Positions 46,767-54,381 of a DNA stretch of 54,515 nt are shown here, one piece after another. A program made the position numbers and the translations under genes. Numbering within the stretch: position 1 is the first letter of the stretch; the number at the start of each line of letters is the position of its first letter. Where the stretch lies: contig DATKZC010000007.1 of NCBI GenBank assembly GCA_035528175.1, positions 1-54,515 of the forward strand. Direction: 5' to 3'. A model generated the notes under the pieces. It was not told where the DNA came from and ran no database searches. It saw only the letters and a program-made list of their open reading frames with translations. The DNA is from Minisyncoccota bacterium. Lineage in GTDB: Bacteria > Patescibacteriota > Minisyncoccia > RBG-13-40-8-A.

Positions 46767-47774
46767 ATGCGAATATTCAGCGGAATACAACCAACTGGAG
46801 AATTACATATCGGAAATTATTTAGCGGTGATTAAACAATGGGTTAATTTACAAAAAAAAGCAAAATGCGTTTTTTCTGTTGTTGATTTGCATGCAATTAC
46901 CATTCTATATAATCCAAAGCAAATGCAGAAAAATATCCTTTCCGTGACAATGGACTATTTGGCAGCAGGAATAGATTTTAAGAAAAATATTATTTTTGTC
47001 CAATCGCATATCAAGGAACATTCCGAATTGGCATGGCTCTTGGAAACCATCACTCCAATGGGCGAGTTGCAGAGAATGACCCAATTTAAAGAAAAATCAG
47101 AACAAAATAAAACGAATATTAACGCAGGGCTTTTTTCTTATCCTGTGTTGATGGCAGCTGATATTTTATTATACAAGGCTGACACTGTGCCGGTTGGCGA
47201 AGACCAACAACAGCACGTGGAATTAAGCAGAACTTTGGCAAGAAAATTCAACAACAAATTTGGGAAAATCTTTCCCGAACCAAAAACGCAACTCCCTGAA
47301 TTCGGCGCAAGAATAATGTCGCTAGTTGACCCGTCGCAAAAAATGAGTAAATCAATTCCGCAGGGATGCGTTTTCCTTTCCGATAAGCCGGAAATAATCA
47401 GGCAGAAAATAAGAGCTGCGGTCACGGACTCCGACAAAGAAGTGAAATTCGACGAAAAAAACAAACCAGCAATTTCTAATCTGCTTACTATTTATCACCT
47501 TTTCTCTAATAAATCCATCTCTGATATTGAAAAGAGATATCAAAACAAAGGCCCCGCCTTCGCCGAGGCTTCGGCGGGCAAGTATGCGGAATTTAAAAAA
47601 GATTTAGCGGAAATAGTGGTTAATGGATTAAAAAAATTCCAAGAAAAAAGAAAACAGCTTGAAAAAAATCCCCAGCAGATTAAAAAAATTCTTGCTGACG
47701 GAGCAAGAAAAGCGCAAAAAATCGCAACCCAAACAATGAAAGAAATTAAGGTAAAAATGGGGTTAATTCCTTAA
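46767..47774 (+). CDS. trpS: Tryptophan--tRNA ligase
   Basis: 335 aa. GIQPTGELHIGNY (HIGH region), GEDQ.QH.EL.R and KMSKS are canonical. Confidence 0.95.
   Translation: MRIFSGIQPTGELHIGNYLAVIKQWVNLQKKAKCVFSVVDLHAITILYNPKQMQKNILSVTMDYLAAGIDFKKNIIFVQSHIKEHSELAWLLETITPMGELQRMTQFKEKSEQNKTNINAGLFSYPVLMAADILLYKADTVPVGEDQQQHVELSRTLARKFNNKFGKIFPEPKTQLPEFGARIMSLVDPSQKMSKSIPQGCVFLSDKPEIIRQKIRAAVTDSDKEVKFDEKNKPAISNLLTIYHLFSNKSISDIEKRYQNKGPAFAEASAGKYAEFKKDLAEIVVNGLKKFQEKRKQLEKNPQQIKKILADGARKAQKIATQTMKEIKVKMGLIP
47550..47582 (+). repeat. GC-rich hairpin element in-frame in trpS, encoding (G)PAFAEASAGK
   Basis: GGCCCCGCCTTCGCCGAGGCTTCGGCGGGCAAG contains the hairpin CGCCGA-ggct-TCGGCG. It is the same element as in recR but read in another frame. 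Confidence 0.7.
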
Positions 47775-49002
47775 TTTTTTCCTTTAATAGTTCCTTTGTA
47801 TCCGCTTCAATTGTCAAACGCATCACTTGTTCGGTATTTGAAGCGCGGAGATTAAACCACCAATTGTCATATTCCACAGTCAATCCGTCAAAATGAGAAA
47901 TCTTACCAGTTCGTCCGAAAGAGCGGATTTTTTTAAACAAACTTGCCTGCGTTGTATTTTTAATTTTGATTTTTATTTCTTCCTTGTAATATTTTTCGAA
48001 TTGATTTGTTAAATCCGCCAAAGACATTTTGGTCTGGGACATAATTTCCAAAATCTTCAGAAACACGACAAGCGGAGAGTCGACACAATATATATTTTTG
48101 AAATAATAATGGCCCGACGGCTCACAACCAAATACGGCTTCTTCTTTGGCCATTGATTCCTCTACATGGCTATGACCTACTTTTGAACAAATCGCTTCAT
48201 TCCCACTGCTTTCTGCTTCTTTTTTTATAATCTTGCTGCTCGCGGCAGTATAAATAATTTTTCCGCTATTGCCAAAATAATAACGGATTAAAATTGCGGC
48301 AATCAAATCAGGGTCAATTTCCCCCCTTTTTTTATCTATAAATAATAATCTGTCGCCGTCCCTGTCAAAAACAACTCCCAAATCAGCATCTTTAGGCAAG
48401 ATTTTTTTCTGGGTCAATTTTATCGGTAACTTAGAAGCCAATTTAGATACAACTTCTTTTGCTGTTCCATTGCTTGTATCAATATTAATTCTGAATTTAT
48501 TTATGCTCTCAGGATGACAAAAACTTAGTATATTATCAATATAATCATCAAGCATGTCTTTTTTGATAATTGAACCACTTTTCCCAGAATCCCCTGCTAA
48601 TTGCCCGGATTTCACAATTTTTTTTATTTTATCTAGGTCATTTTTATCTGCCGGCTCTGCGCCTTTTTTGACGATTTTAAAACCATTGTATTTTAAGGGA
48701 TTATGCGAAGCAGTAACCATTATCCCACCATCCGAATTTAATTTAACAACAGCATAATAAAACATCGGCGTGGTTGTTAAGCCAATGTCTATAATATCAA
48801 CACCTTTTGCGCTGATTCCTTCGCAAATTGCCTTAAATAATCCCCTTGACGAAGGACGATTATCCCGACCAATAACCAAATTTTTGATTTTTCCTGTTTT
48901 TACGAATGCTCTAACAATCTTATCTGCAATTTTCCCATTAACCTCGTCTGGATAAACTCCCCTGATATCATATGCCTTGAAAATTTTATCAATCCTGTTC
49001 AT
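47746..49002 (-). CDS. Phosphomannomutase/phosphoglucomutase
   Basis: IFKAYDIRG, the active-site TASHNP, DRDGDRL Mg-binding and GCEPSGH sugar-binding loops are present. I prefer the ATG at 49002 (TACAAT 8 nt upstream; the track starts at 49020). It overlaps the trpS 3' end by 29 nt. Confidence 0.88.
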   Translation of the reverse strand: MNRIDKIFKAYDIRGVYPDEVNGKIADKIVRAFVKTGKIKNLVIGRDNRPSSRGLFKAICEGISAKGVDIIDIGLTTTPMFYYAVVKLNSDGGIMVTASHNPLKYNGFKIVKKGAEPADKNDLDKIKKIVKSGQLAGDSGKSGSIIKKDMLDDYIDNILSFCHPESINKFRINIDTSNGTAKEVVSKLASKLPIKLTQKKILPKDADLGVVFDRDGDRLLFIDKKRGEIDPDLIAAILIRYYFGNSGKIIYTAASSKIIKKEAESSGNEAICSKVGHSHVEESMAKEEAVFGCEPSGHYYFKNIYCVDSPLVVFLKILEIMSQTKMSLADLTNQFEKYYKEEIKIKIKNTTQASLFKKIRSFGRTGKISHFDGLTVEYDNWWFNLRASNTEQVMRLTIEADTKELLKEKIKELTPFLP

Positions 49003-49024
49003 ATTGTTTAATTGTAGCATAGAT

Positions 49025-49052
49025 TTGACTTTTTTTATTTTTTTGATAAGAT
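49025..49052 (+). promoter_or_regulatory. Putative rpsF-ssb-rpsR promoter (leaderless)
   Basis: TTGACT-16 nt-TAAGAT, then 6 nt to the ATG at 49059. No SD is present. Confidence 0.55.
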
Positions 49053-49058
49053 ATATAC

Positions 49059-49541
49059 ATGGAGAGCGAAGTAAAACAATATGAATTAATTTGTATTTTA
49101 GAGCCTCATTTAGAAGAGGCTGATTTAGATAATTTCAAGCAATCATTTGAGAAGATTGTGAGCGACAACAATGGCCGGATTATCCATTTTATGGACTCAA
49201 AAAAATGCAACCTTATTTACCCTATTAACAAACAGAAACAAGGTATTTATCTCGTATCTCATATTTCACTGGAGCCGAAAAACATTGCCAATATTTCTAA
49301 TGAACTAAAAACAAATAAAAATGTTTTAAGGAGTTTAATCACTATTTTGGAAACCCCGTCAGAGCCAATAACCGAAAAGCCGAGAAAGATTATAAAAAAA
49401 TACGCCACCAACGCAAAACGCAGACAGGCGGGCCCGCCCGCTTCGCAGCGAGACGAGCCACGATCCGAAAGTTCGAGTAAAGATGATAAAATAAAACTAG
49501 AAGAAATCGATAAAAAATTAGACGAATTGGTAGGTCTATAA
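49059..49541 (+). CDS. rpsF: 30S ribosomal protein S6 with a roughly 60-aa C-terminal extension
   Basis: The first roughly 95 aa are S6-like (YE...IL.P.L.E......). It sits in the conserved rpsF-ssb-rpsR order. The tail is basic/acidic and carries a GC-rich insert. Confidence 0.85.
   Translation: MESEVKQYELICILEPHLEEADLDNFKQSFEKIVSDNNGRIIHFMDSKKCNLIYPINKQKQGIYLVSHISLEPKNIANISNELKTNKNVLRSLITILETPSEPITEKPRKIIKKYATNAKRRQAGPPASQRDEPRSESSSKDDKIKLEEIDKKLDELVGL
49419..49478 (+). repeat. 60-nt GC-rich insert in the rpsF tail, encoding RRQAGPPASQRDEPRSESSS
   Basis: It contains the 12-nt perfect palindrome GGCGGGCCCGCC (49427-49438) and the CGCT-tcgc-AGCG hairpin. The CAGGCGGGCCCGCC core matches rpsI 3735-3749. 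Confidence 0.6.
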
Positions 49542-49626
49542 CCCGATACCAATCAACGAATCACATCCGAATCTACAAATCTAAAAATATTCGTAGCATT
49601 CGTATCATATTTGTAAATTAGTATCG
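49542..49626. mobile_element. MITE-like ORF-less copy of the GxxExxY cassette ends
   Basis: The left half CCCGATACCAATCAACGAATCACATCCGAATCTACAAATC is about 80% identical to one cassette end. The right half ATTCGTAGCATTCGTATCATATTTGTAAATTAGTATCG matches the other end. The outer bases CGATAC/GTATCG are complementary. It fills the rpsF-ssb spacer. Confidence 0.6.
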
Positions 49627-49635
49627 AAAAAATAT

Positions 49636-50091
49636 ATGAATTTAAATAAAGCTTTTTTAATCGGCAATTTAACCAGGGATCCGGAATCAAGAACTCTTCC
49701 CAGCGGGCAAAGCGTATCAAGTTTCGGATTAGCAACAAATAGAATGTGGACTGATTCTGAAAGCAAAGAAAAAAAACAGCAAGTTGAATTCCATAATGTC
49801 GTGGCTTTCGGCAAATTAGCTGAAATCTGCAACCAATATCTTAAAAAGGGTTCATTGACTATGATTGAAGGCAGAATCCAGACCCGCAACTGGCAAGGAC
49901 AGAACGGTGAAACAAAATACAAAACCGAGATTATTGCTGAAAGGTTGCAGATGGGACCAAGAAAAGACAGCCAAGTAGGAGGAAGAGGAAAAGAAGGTTC
50001 AGAAACAGAGCCAACGGAACAACTTGATGAAATACAGGTCGAAGAAGAAAGTCCGGCTGATGAAATTAAAACTGAGGATATACCATTTTAA
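49636..50091 (+). CDS. ssb: Single-stranded DNA-binding protein
   Basis: MNLNKAFLIGNLTRDPE.R..PSG..V..F.LA.NR begins the OB fold. The protein ends in an acidic tail, ...EDIPF. Confidence 0.93.
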   Translation: MNLNKAFLIGNLTRDPESRTLPSGQSVSSFGLATNRMWTDSESKEKKQQVEFHNVVAFGKLAEICNQYLKKGSLTMIEGRIQTRNWQGQNGETKYKTEIIAERLQMGPRKDSQVGGRGKEGSETEPTEQLDEIQVEEESPADEIKTEDIPF

Positions 50092-50093
50092 TT

Positions 50094-50282
50094 ATGCACA
50101 GAAATTGTTATTTTTGCAAAAATAATATCGCAGAAATTGATTACAAAGACGCAGATATGCTGTCGAGGTATTTGGACCCTCTGAAAAAAATAAAGTCACC
50201 GCGATATACAGGGACATGCGCAACACACCAACGCAAACTCTCTAAAGCCATCAAACGCGCCAGAATAATAGGATTGATATAA
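50094..50282 (+). CDS. rpsR: 30S ribosomal protein S18
   Basis: 62 aa. C.FC......IDYKD...L.....P..KI...R.TG.CA.HQR.L..AIKRAR is canonical S18. Confidence 0.92.
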   Translation: MHRNCYFCKNNIAEIDYKDADMLSRYLDPLKKIKSPRYTGTCATHQRKLSKAIKRARIIGLI

Positions 50283-50305
50283 GATAAATTCTTACGGATT
50301 TTAAA

Positions 50306-50339
50306 AGAACGATAATCCGATTATCGTTCTTTTTGTTTT
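50306..50339 (+). terminator. Bidirectional rho-independent terminator between rpsR and recA
   Basis: 10-bp stem AGAACGATAA / TTATCGTTCT with a 5-nt loop, followed by TTTTGTTTT on plus. An A-run precedes it, giving a T-run on minus. Confidence 0.75.
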
Positions 50340-50370
50340 AACTTTAAAATTTTATCAACGTTCACTCATC

Positions 50371-51402
50371 TCACGATCGTAGCTTTTCCTCCGATGCCTT
50401 TTTGATATCAGAAAGGATTTGTTTGGCAATTGGCTTGTTTTGTTTCAAAAATTCTCTGGCTTTTTCCAATCCCACGCCGAGTTTTTCACTGCCAAAACTT
50501 AAGGTTGATGCTGTTTTTTTGACCACCCCGTACTTTAATCCCGTATTAATCAAATCCGCCTCATAGGAAATTCCTTCATTAAACATAATATCAAATTCAG
50601 CTGATTGGAATGGAGCTGCAACTTTATTTTTTACAACCTTTACTTTTACCCTATTACCGATTGATTCCTCTCCCCTCTTAATTTGGGCGATTCTTTTTAA
50701 TTCTACTCTTACCGAAGAATAAAACTTTAATGCCTTGCCACCAGGAGTTGTTTCCGGATTGCCGAACATCATTCCAATTTTCATCCTAATTTGATTTATA
50801 AAAATAACAATACAATTCGCTTTGGCGATTACAGAATTTAACTTTCTCATTGCCTGAGACATCAACCGCGCTTGCAAACCAATAAATTGGTCCCCTATCT
50901 CGCCTTCAATTTCCGCCTGGGGCGTTAAAGCAGCAACAGAATCAACAATTATCACATCAACGGTTCCGGACTTAACCAATGATTCCACAATCTGTAATGC
51001 CTGCTCCCCTGAATCCGGCTGGGATATAAGAAGGTCATCAATCTTTACCCCAATGCGCTTCGCATATTCCGGGTCCAATGCGTGCTCTGCGTCAATAAAA
51101 GCAGCCATACCGCCTTTTTTCTGCGCCTCAGCCACCATATGCAAAGCCAGAGTGGTTTTACCAGAGCTTTCAGCGCCAAAAACCTCAATGATTCTTCCTC
51201 TCGGCATTCCACCTACCCCAAGAGCAAGATCAAGTGACGGCGAGCCCGTAGAAATCACATCCACGTCAACTTTTCTCGCTTCACCAAGTTTCATAATCGA
51301 ACCTTCTCCGAATCTCTGCTTCAGGTCATTGACAGTTTCTTCCAAGATTTTTGATTTGTTATCAACTTCATTTTTCTTATTTGTTTTCATTTGTTTTTTC
51401 AT
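50371..51402 (-). CDS. recA: Recombinase RecA
   Basis: 343 aa. It has Walker [10 protein letters not shown], Walker [11 protein letters not shown] and the L1/L2 loop regions. It overlaps the upstream gene by 26 nt, and an alternative ATG at 51390 is possible. Confidence 0.96.
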   Translation of the reverse strand: MKKQMKTNKKNEVDNKSKILEETVNDLKQRFGEGSIMKLGEARKVDVDVISTGSPSLDLALGVGGMPRGRIIEVFGAESSGKTTLALHMVAEAQKKGGMAAFIDAEHALDPEYAKRIGVKIDDLLISQPDSGEQALQIVESLVKSGTVDVIIVDSVAALTPQAEIEGEIGDQFIGLQARLMSQAMRKLNSVIAKANCIVIFINQIRMKIGMMFGNPETTPGGKALKFYSSVRVELKRIAQIKRGEESIGNRVKVKVVKNKVAAPFQSAEFDIMFNEGISYEADLINTGLKYGVVKKTASTLSFGSEKLGVGLEKAREFLKQNKPIAKQILSDIKKASEEKLRS

Positions 51403-51802
51403 AAATTATTCTTCTTATTACTGTATTAATTTTATTAAAACGATTTTTGGATTCTATTTTGATTGTATTCACGCCGTCAATAAGATTAATTTCTACTTTA
51501 AAATTTCCTTCGCGGTCCAGATATGTTTCTTGTCCATCAATCAATAAATATGCTGTTGAATCGGTTTTGCCGATAATCTCGAAAGTCTTCTGGGTTATTG
51601 ATATGTCGGCTGGCGGCTGGAATACTTCCAGCTTTGGCGCTTTGATTAAAAAACAAATTTCACGATAAAAATACCACGCCACAAAAATCAAGAAAATTGT
51701 AAAAACAATTAAAGCAATTCTTTTCGGCGTAATTATCCAAATTTTGCTTCCTTTAATCGGCTGCAAAGGGCTGTCTTTAATTTCAATCTTCATTTTCCTC
51801 AT
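51377..51802 (-). CDS. Hypothetical membrane-anchored protein with a beta-rich ectodomain
   Basis: 141 aa with one TM helix ([17 protein letters not shown]), then an Ig-like-looking segment (F.I.GKTD....L.I.G......EGNF...I.L..G.N.I). Confidence 0.55.
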   Translation of the reverse strand: MRKMKIEIKDSPLQPIKGSKIWIITPKRIALIVFTIFLIFVAWYFYREICFLIKAPKLEVFQPPADISITQKTFEIIGKTDSTAYLLIDGQETYLDREGNFKVEINLIDGVNTIKIESKNRFNKINTVIRRIIYEKTNENK

Positions 51803-51804
51803 AT

Positions 51805-54051
51805 TTAAAACTCATCTTCTTTGGGTTCAGATTCTTTCAGCTTTTCTTCATCTTCCTCAATTTCCTCTTCTATTTCTTCTTTTTCTTCCTCATTTATGTT
51901 TTCTTCAACAACTTCATCTAAATCGCTTAATGGTTCTCTCGACTCCGCTCGGGATAAATCTTCTTTTCCTATTAAAACATCTCTTGGCTTGGCTCCGTCT
52001 GCAGGACCGACAATCCCCTGCATTTCTAGCATGTCCAATAAACTTGCCGCGCGCGCATAACCGATTCTAAACATTCTTTGTAAATATGATGCTGAGGCCT
52101 TGCCAGTTTTAATTACCATATCTTTTGCCTCATCTAACAACGGGTCATCCAATGCTAATCCACTGCTACCCATTACTCCTTTTTCTTCCGGCGCTTTAGT
52201 GATTTCTTCCTCATACTCAACCTCACCAGCTTCCTTTTTTAGAAATTTAACCACGCGCTGGACTTCTTTTTCAGAAACATAAACACCCTGAATTCTGCGT
52301 GGCTTGCCCACATCACCTGCCATAAACAACATATCGCCATTGCCGAGCAATCTCTCGGCTCCAGACGTATCCAAAATAGTTCGAGAATCAACATTTGAAG
52401 CAACCTGGAAAGCAAGTCTACAAGTAATATTTGCTTTAATCAAACCAGTAATGACTTCAACAGACGGGCGCTGAGTAGATAAGACCAAATGAATGCCCAC
52501 AGCGCGCGACATTTGCGCTAAACGCACAATCGAACCTTCAACTTCTTTACCATAAGCAGCCATAATGTCAGCAAGTTCATCAACAATAATTACAATAAAC
52601 GGCAGAATATCAGCCGGAGATTTTTTCACAATTTTCTCATTATAAGAAGCCAAATCTCTTGCTCCTATACTGGATAAAAGCTTATACCTCTCCTCCATTT
52701 CTTTAATCGCCCATTTAAAAGCATTGATGGTCTTATTCGTATCAACAATAACCGGAGTTAATAAATGAGGGATACCATTATATAAAGGAAGCTCAACTCG
52801 TTTCGGGTCAATCATAATAAATTTTAATTCCCAAGGTGACTTTTGATAAAGCAAGCTGCTGATAATTGTATTGATGCAAACGCTTTTTCCGGTTCCTGTT
52901 GCTCCGGCAATCAACATATGCGGCATTTTAATAAGATTTGCCCAGACAGATTCACCCGCAACATCGCGACCTAAAGCAAGATTAAGATTGTGGCCATTTT
53001 TCTTATAATTGTATTCGTCCATCATATTCCTCAAACGGACTAAAGTTGCGCTCTTGTTCGGAATTTCAATGCCAACCAAGGAACGTCCGGGAATCGGCGC
53101 TTCAATCCTAATAGGATGAGCTGCCAAAGATAAAGAAATATCGCGGTGCAAAGTAGTAATTTTTGAAAGCTTTACCCCGCCCGCGGGTCTTAAGGTATAT
53201 TGAGTAACGGTTGGACCAACATTAACTTCTGCCATTTCCACTGGAATACCGAAATTATTCAATGTTTTTTCAATAATACTCTGATTAAGTTTTATATCCC
53301 CGCTCGCCGGGCATCCTCTATCCTCTTCCAGTAAATCCAAGGGCGGAAAAGTATAATCCTTGATATTTGTAGGAGTTGTGGCTAATAATTCTTCCCTATT
53401 TCCTTCTTCCGATTCTTTTACATCAAGCTTTTGCTTAGAAAATATATTTTTCACCAAACTGGCAACCTTCTTTTCTGACTGGTCAAAACCGATTCCTTTG
53501 ATTTCCTTAGAAAGTTTTTCTGCAATTACTTCTTCCTCTTCTTTCTCTTCTTTTGGGGCCCTTTTTAAAGGAATATTAAAAGCAATAAGCACGGAAATAA
53601 AAAGCCCGGCTGCAAAAACAACCAAACTCGCCCACTTACCAATAAGTTTTAAAAATGGCCAAGAAAAAATATATCCGAGCCAGCCGGCAATACGAGTATC
53701 ATTCGGAAAAAATATCTGAATAATCGCCAGAAAACAAAGAATAAAAAGAAGTATTCCTAATAAAGTTGAAAGATAAACATTTTTGTGAATCTCTTTTAAA
53801 ATTGCGATACCTGCAGAGACAAAAGCCAATGGCACCAACCACAGGCATTTACCAAAAATAAACCTTGAACCATCAAGCAGATACTTACCCAACACCCCAC
53901 TGGCTGACTGGAAACTTAAAACAAAAAGTACTGCTAGAGTGAAAAGCACAACCACGATTACACCGTGTTTGGTTTCGGGGCTGATATTCAAATAAACCTT
54001 CTTTTTTTCTCTATATTCTTTCTTGTATTTCTTGCGCTTTCTTTTCGACAT
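51805..54051 (-). CDS. ftsK: DNA translocase FtsK/SpoIIIE
   Basis: 748 aa with 4 N-terminal TM helices, a linker, a motor domain (Walker A GATGTGKS, Walker B VIIVDELAD) and a gamma wHTH (ASYLQRMFRIGYARAA.L.D.LE). The tail is acidic. Confidence 0.94.
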   Translation of the reverse strand: MSKRKRKKYKKEYREKKKVYLNISPETKHGVIVVVLFTLAVLFVLSFQSASGVLGKYLLDGSRFIFGKCLWLVPLAFVSAGIAILKEIHKNVYLSTLLGILLFILCFLAIIQIFFPNDTRIAGWLGYIFSWPFLKLIGKWASLVVFAAGLFISVLIAFNIPLKRAPKEEKEEEEVIAEKLSKEIKGIGFDQSEKKVASLVKNIFSKQKLDVKESEEGNREELLATTPTNIKDYTFPPLDLLEEDRGCPASGDIKLNQSIIEKTLNNFGIPVEMAEVNVGPTVTQYTLRPAGGVKLSKITTLHRDISLSLAAHPIRIEAPIPGRSLVGIEIPNKSATLVRLRNMMDEYNYKKNGHNLNLALGRDVAGESVWANLIKMPHMLIAGATGTGKSVCINTIISSLLYQKSPWELKFIMIDPKRVELPLYNGIPHLLTPVIVDTNKTINAFKWAIKEMEERYKLLSSIGARDLASYNEKIVKKSPADILPFIVIIVDELADIMAAYGKEVEGSIVRLAQMSRAVGIHLVLSTQRPSVEVITGLIKANITCRLAFQVASNVDSRTILDTSGAERLLGNGDMLFMAGDVGKPRRIQGVYVSEKEVQRVVKFLKKEAGEVEYEEEITKAPEEKGVMGSSGLALDDPLLDEAKDMVIKTGKASASYLQRMFRIGYARAASLLDMLEMQGIVGPADGAKPRDVLIGKEDLSRAESREPLSDLDEVVEENINEEEKEEIEEEIEEDEEKLKESEPKEDEF
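51931..51957 (+). repeat. GC-rich element copy inside ftsK in antisense orientation to the gene, read as LSRAESREP
   Basis: The plus strand GACTCCGCTCGGGATAA aligns with the intergenic GACTACGCTCGGGGCAAG at 38607-38624. Confidence 0.45.
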
Positions 54052-54059
54052 ATGTTTAT

Positions 54060-54068
54060 ATTATAGCA
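54060..54068 (-). promoter_or_regulatory. Extended -10 promoter of ftsK (leaderless)
   Basis: Minus strand reads TGcTATAAT, then 8 nt to the ATG at 54051. There is no SD and no good -35. Confidence 0.5.
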
Positions 54069-54080
54069 CAAATTTTTTGT

Positions 54081-54112
54081 AAACAAAAAAGCGGAGAGAC
54101 AATGCTCTCCGC
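54081..54112 (-). terminator. Rho-independent terminator of the 59-aa membrane protein gene
   Basis: Stem GCGGAGAG (54091-54098) / CTCTCCGC (54105-54112). On the minus strand it is followed by TTTTTTGTTT. Confidence 0.75.
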
Positions 54113-54120
54113 CCACGAAC

Positions 54121-54300
54121 CTATCTCCAATTAGGAGATCCTATTCTTATTACCCCAATTACAACAATTGCCAGGGAACAAGCGACATAAAAAGGCCAAA
54201 GATAAAACAAAACTATTAAAATAACAAAATCTCGTATGAGTCCCTTTTTGTTTCGCTTTAACGAAATTTTTAAATTATTCCACGAGTTTTTAAAGTTCAT
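54121..54300 (-). CDS. Small membrane protein (59 aa)
   Basis: I prefer the ATG at 54300 (MNFKNSWNN...), which has AAGGAGG 5 nt upstream. It has one or two TM helices. The track's TTG start at 54354 lies upstream of the predicted -10. Confidence 0.55.
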   Translation of the reverse strand: MNFKNSWNNLKISLKRNKKGLIRDFVILIVLFYLWPFYVACSLAIVVIGVIRIGSPNWR

Positions 54301-54334
54301 TCTTTCCTCCTTTAATTTTATAGAACTAATATTA

Positions 54335-54364
54335 ATAATAGCACAGGAACACAATAATTGTCAA
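54335..54364 (-). promoter_or_regulatory. Putative promoter of the 59-aa gene, abutting the IS30-type transposase stop
   Basis: Minus strand reads TTGACA-18 nt-TATTAT. The -35 lies inside a 20-mer that is also found at the SPFH promoter (19797-19815). Confidence 0.5.
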
Positions 54365-54381
54365 GTAGTTGTATTGTGAAT

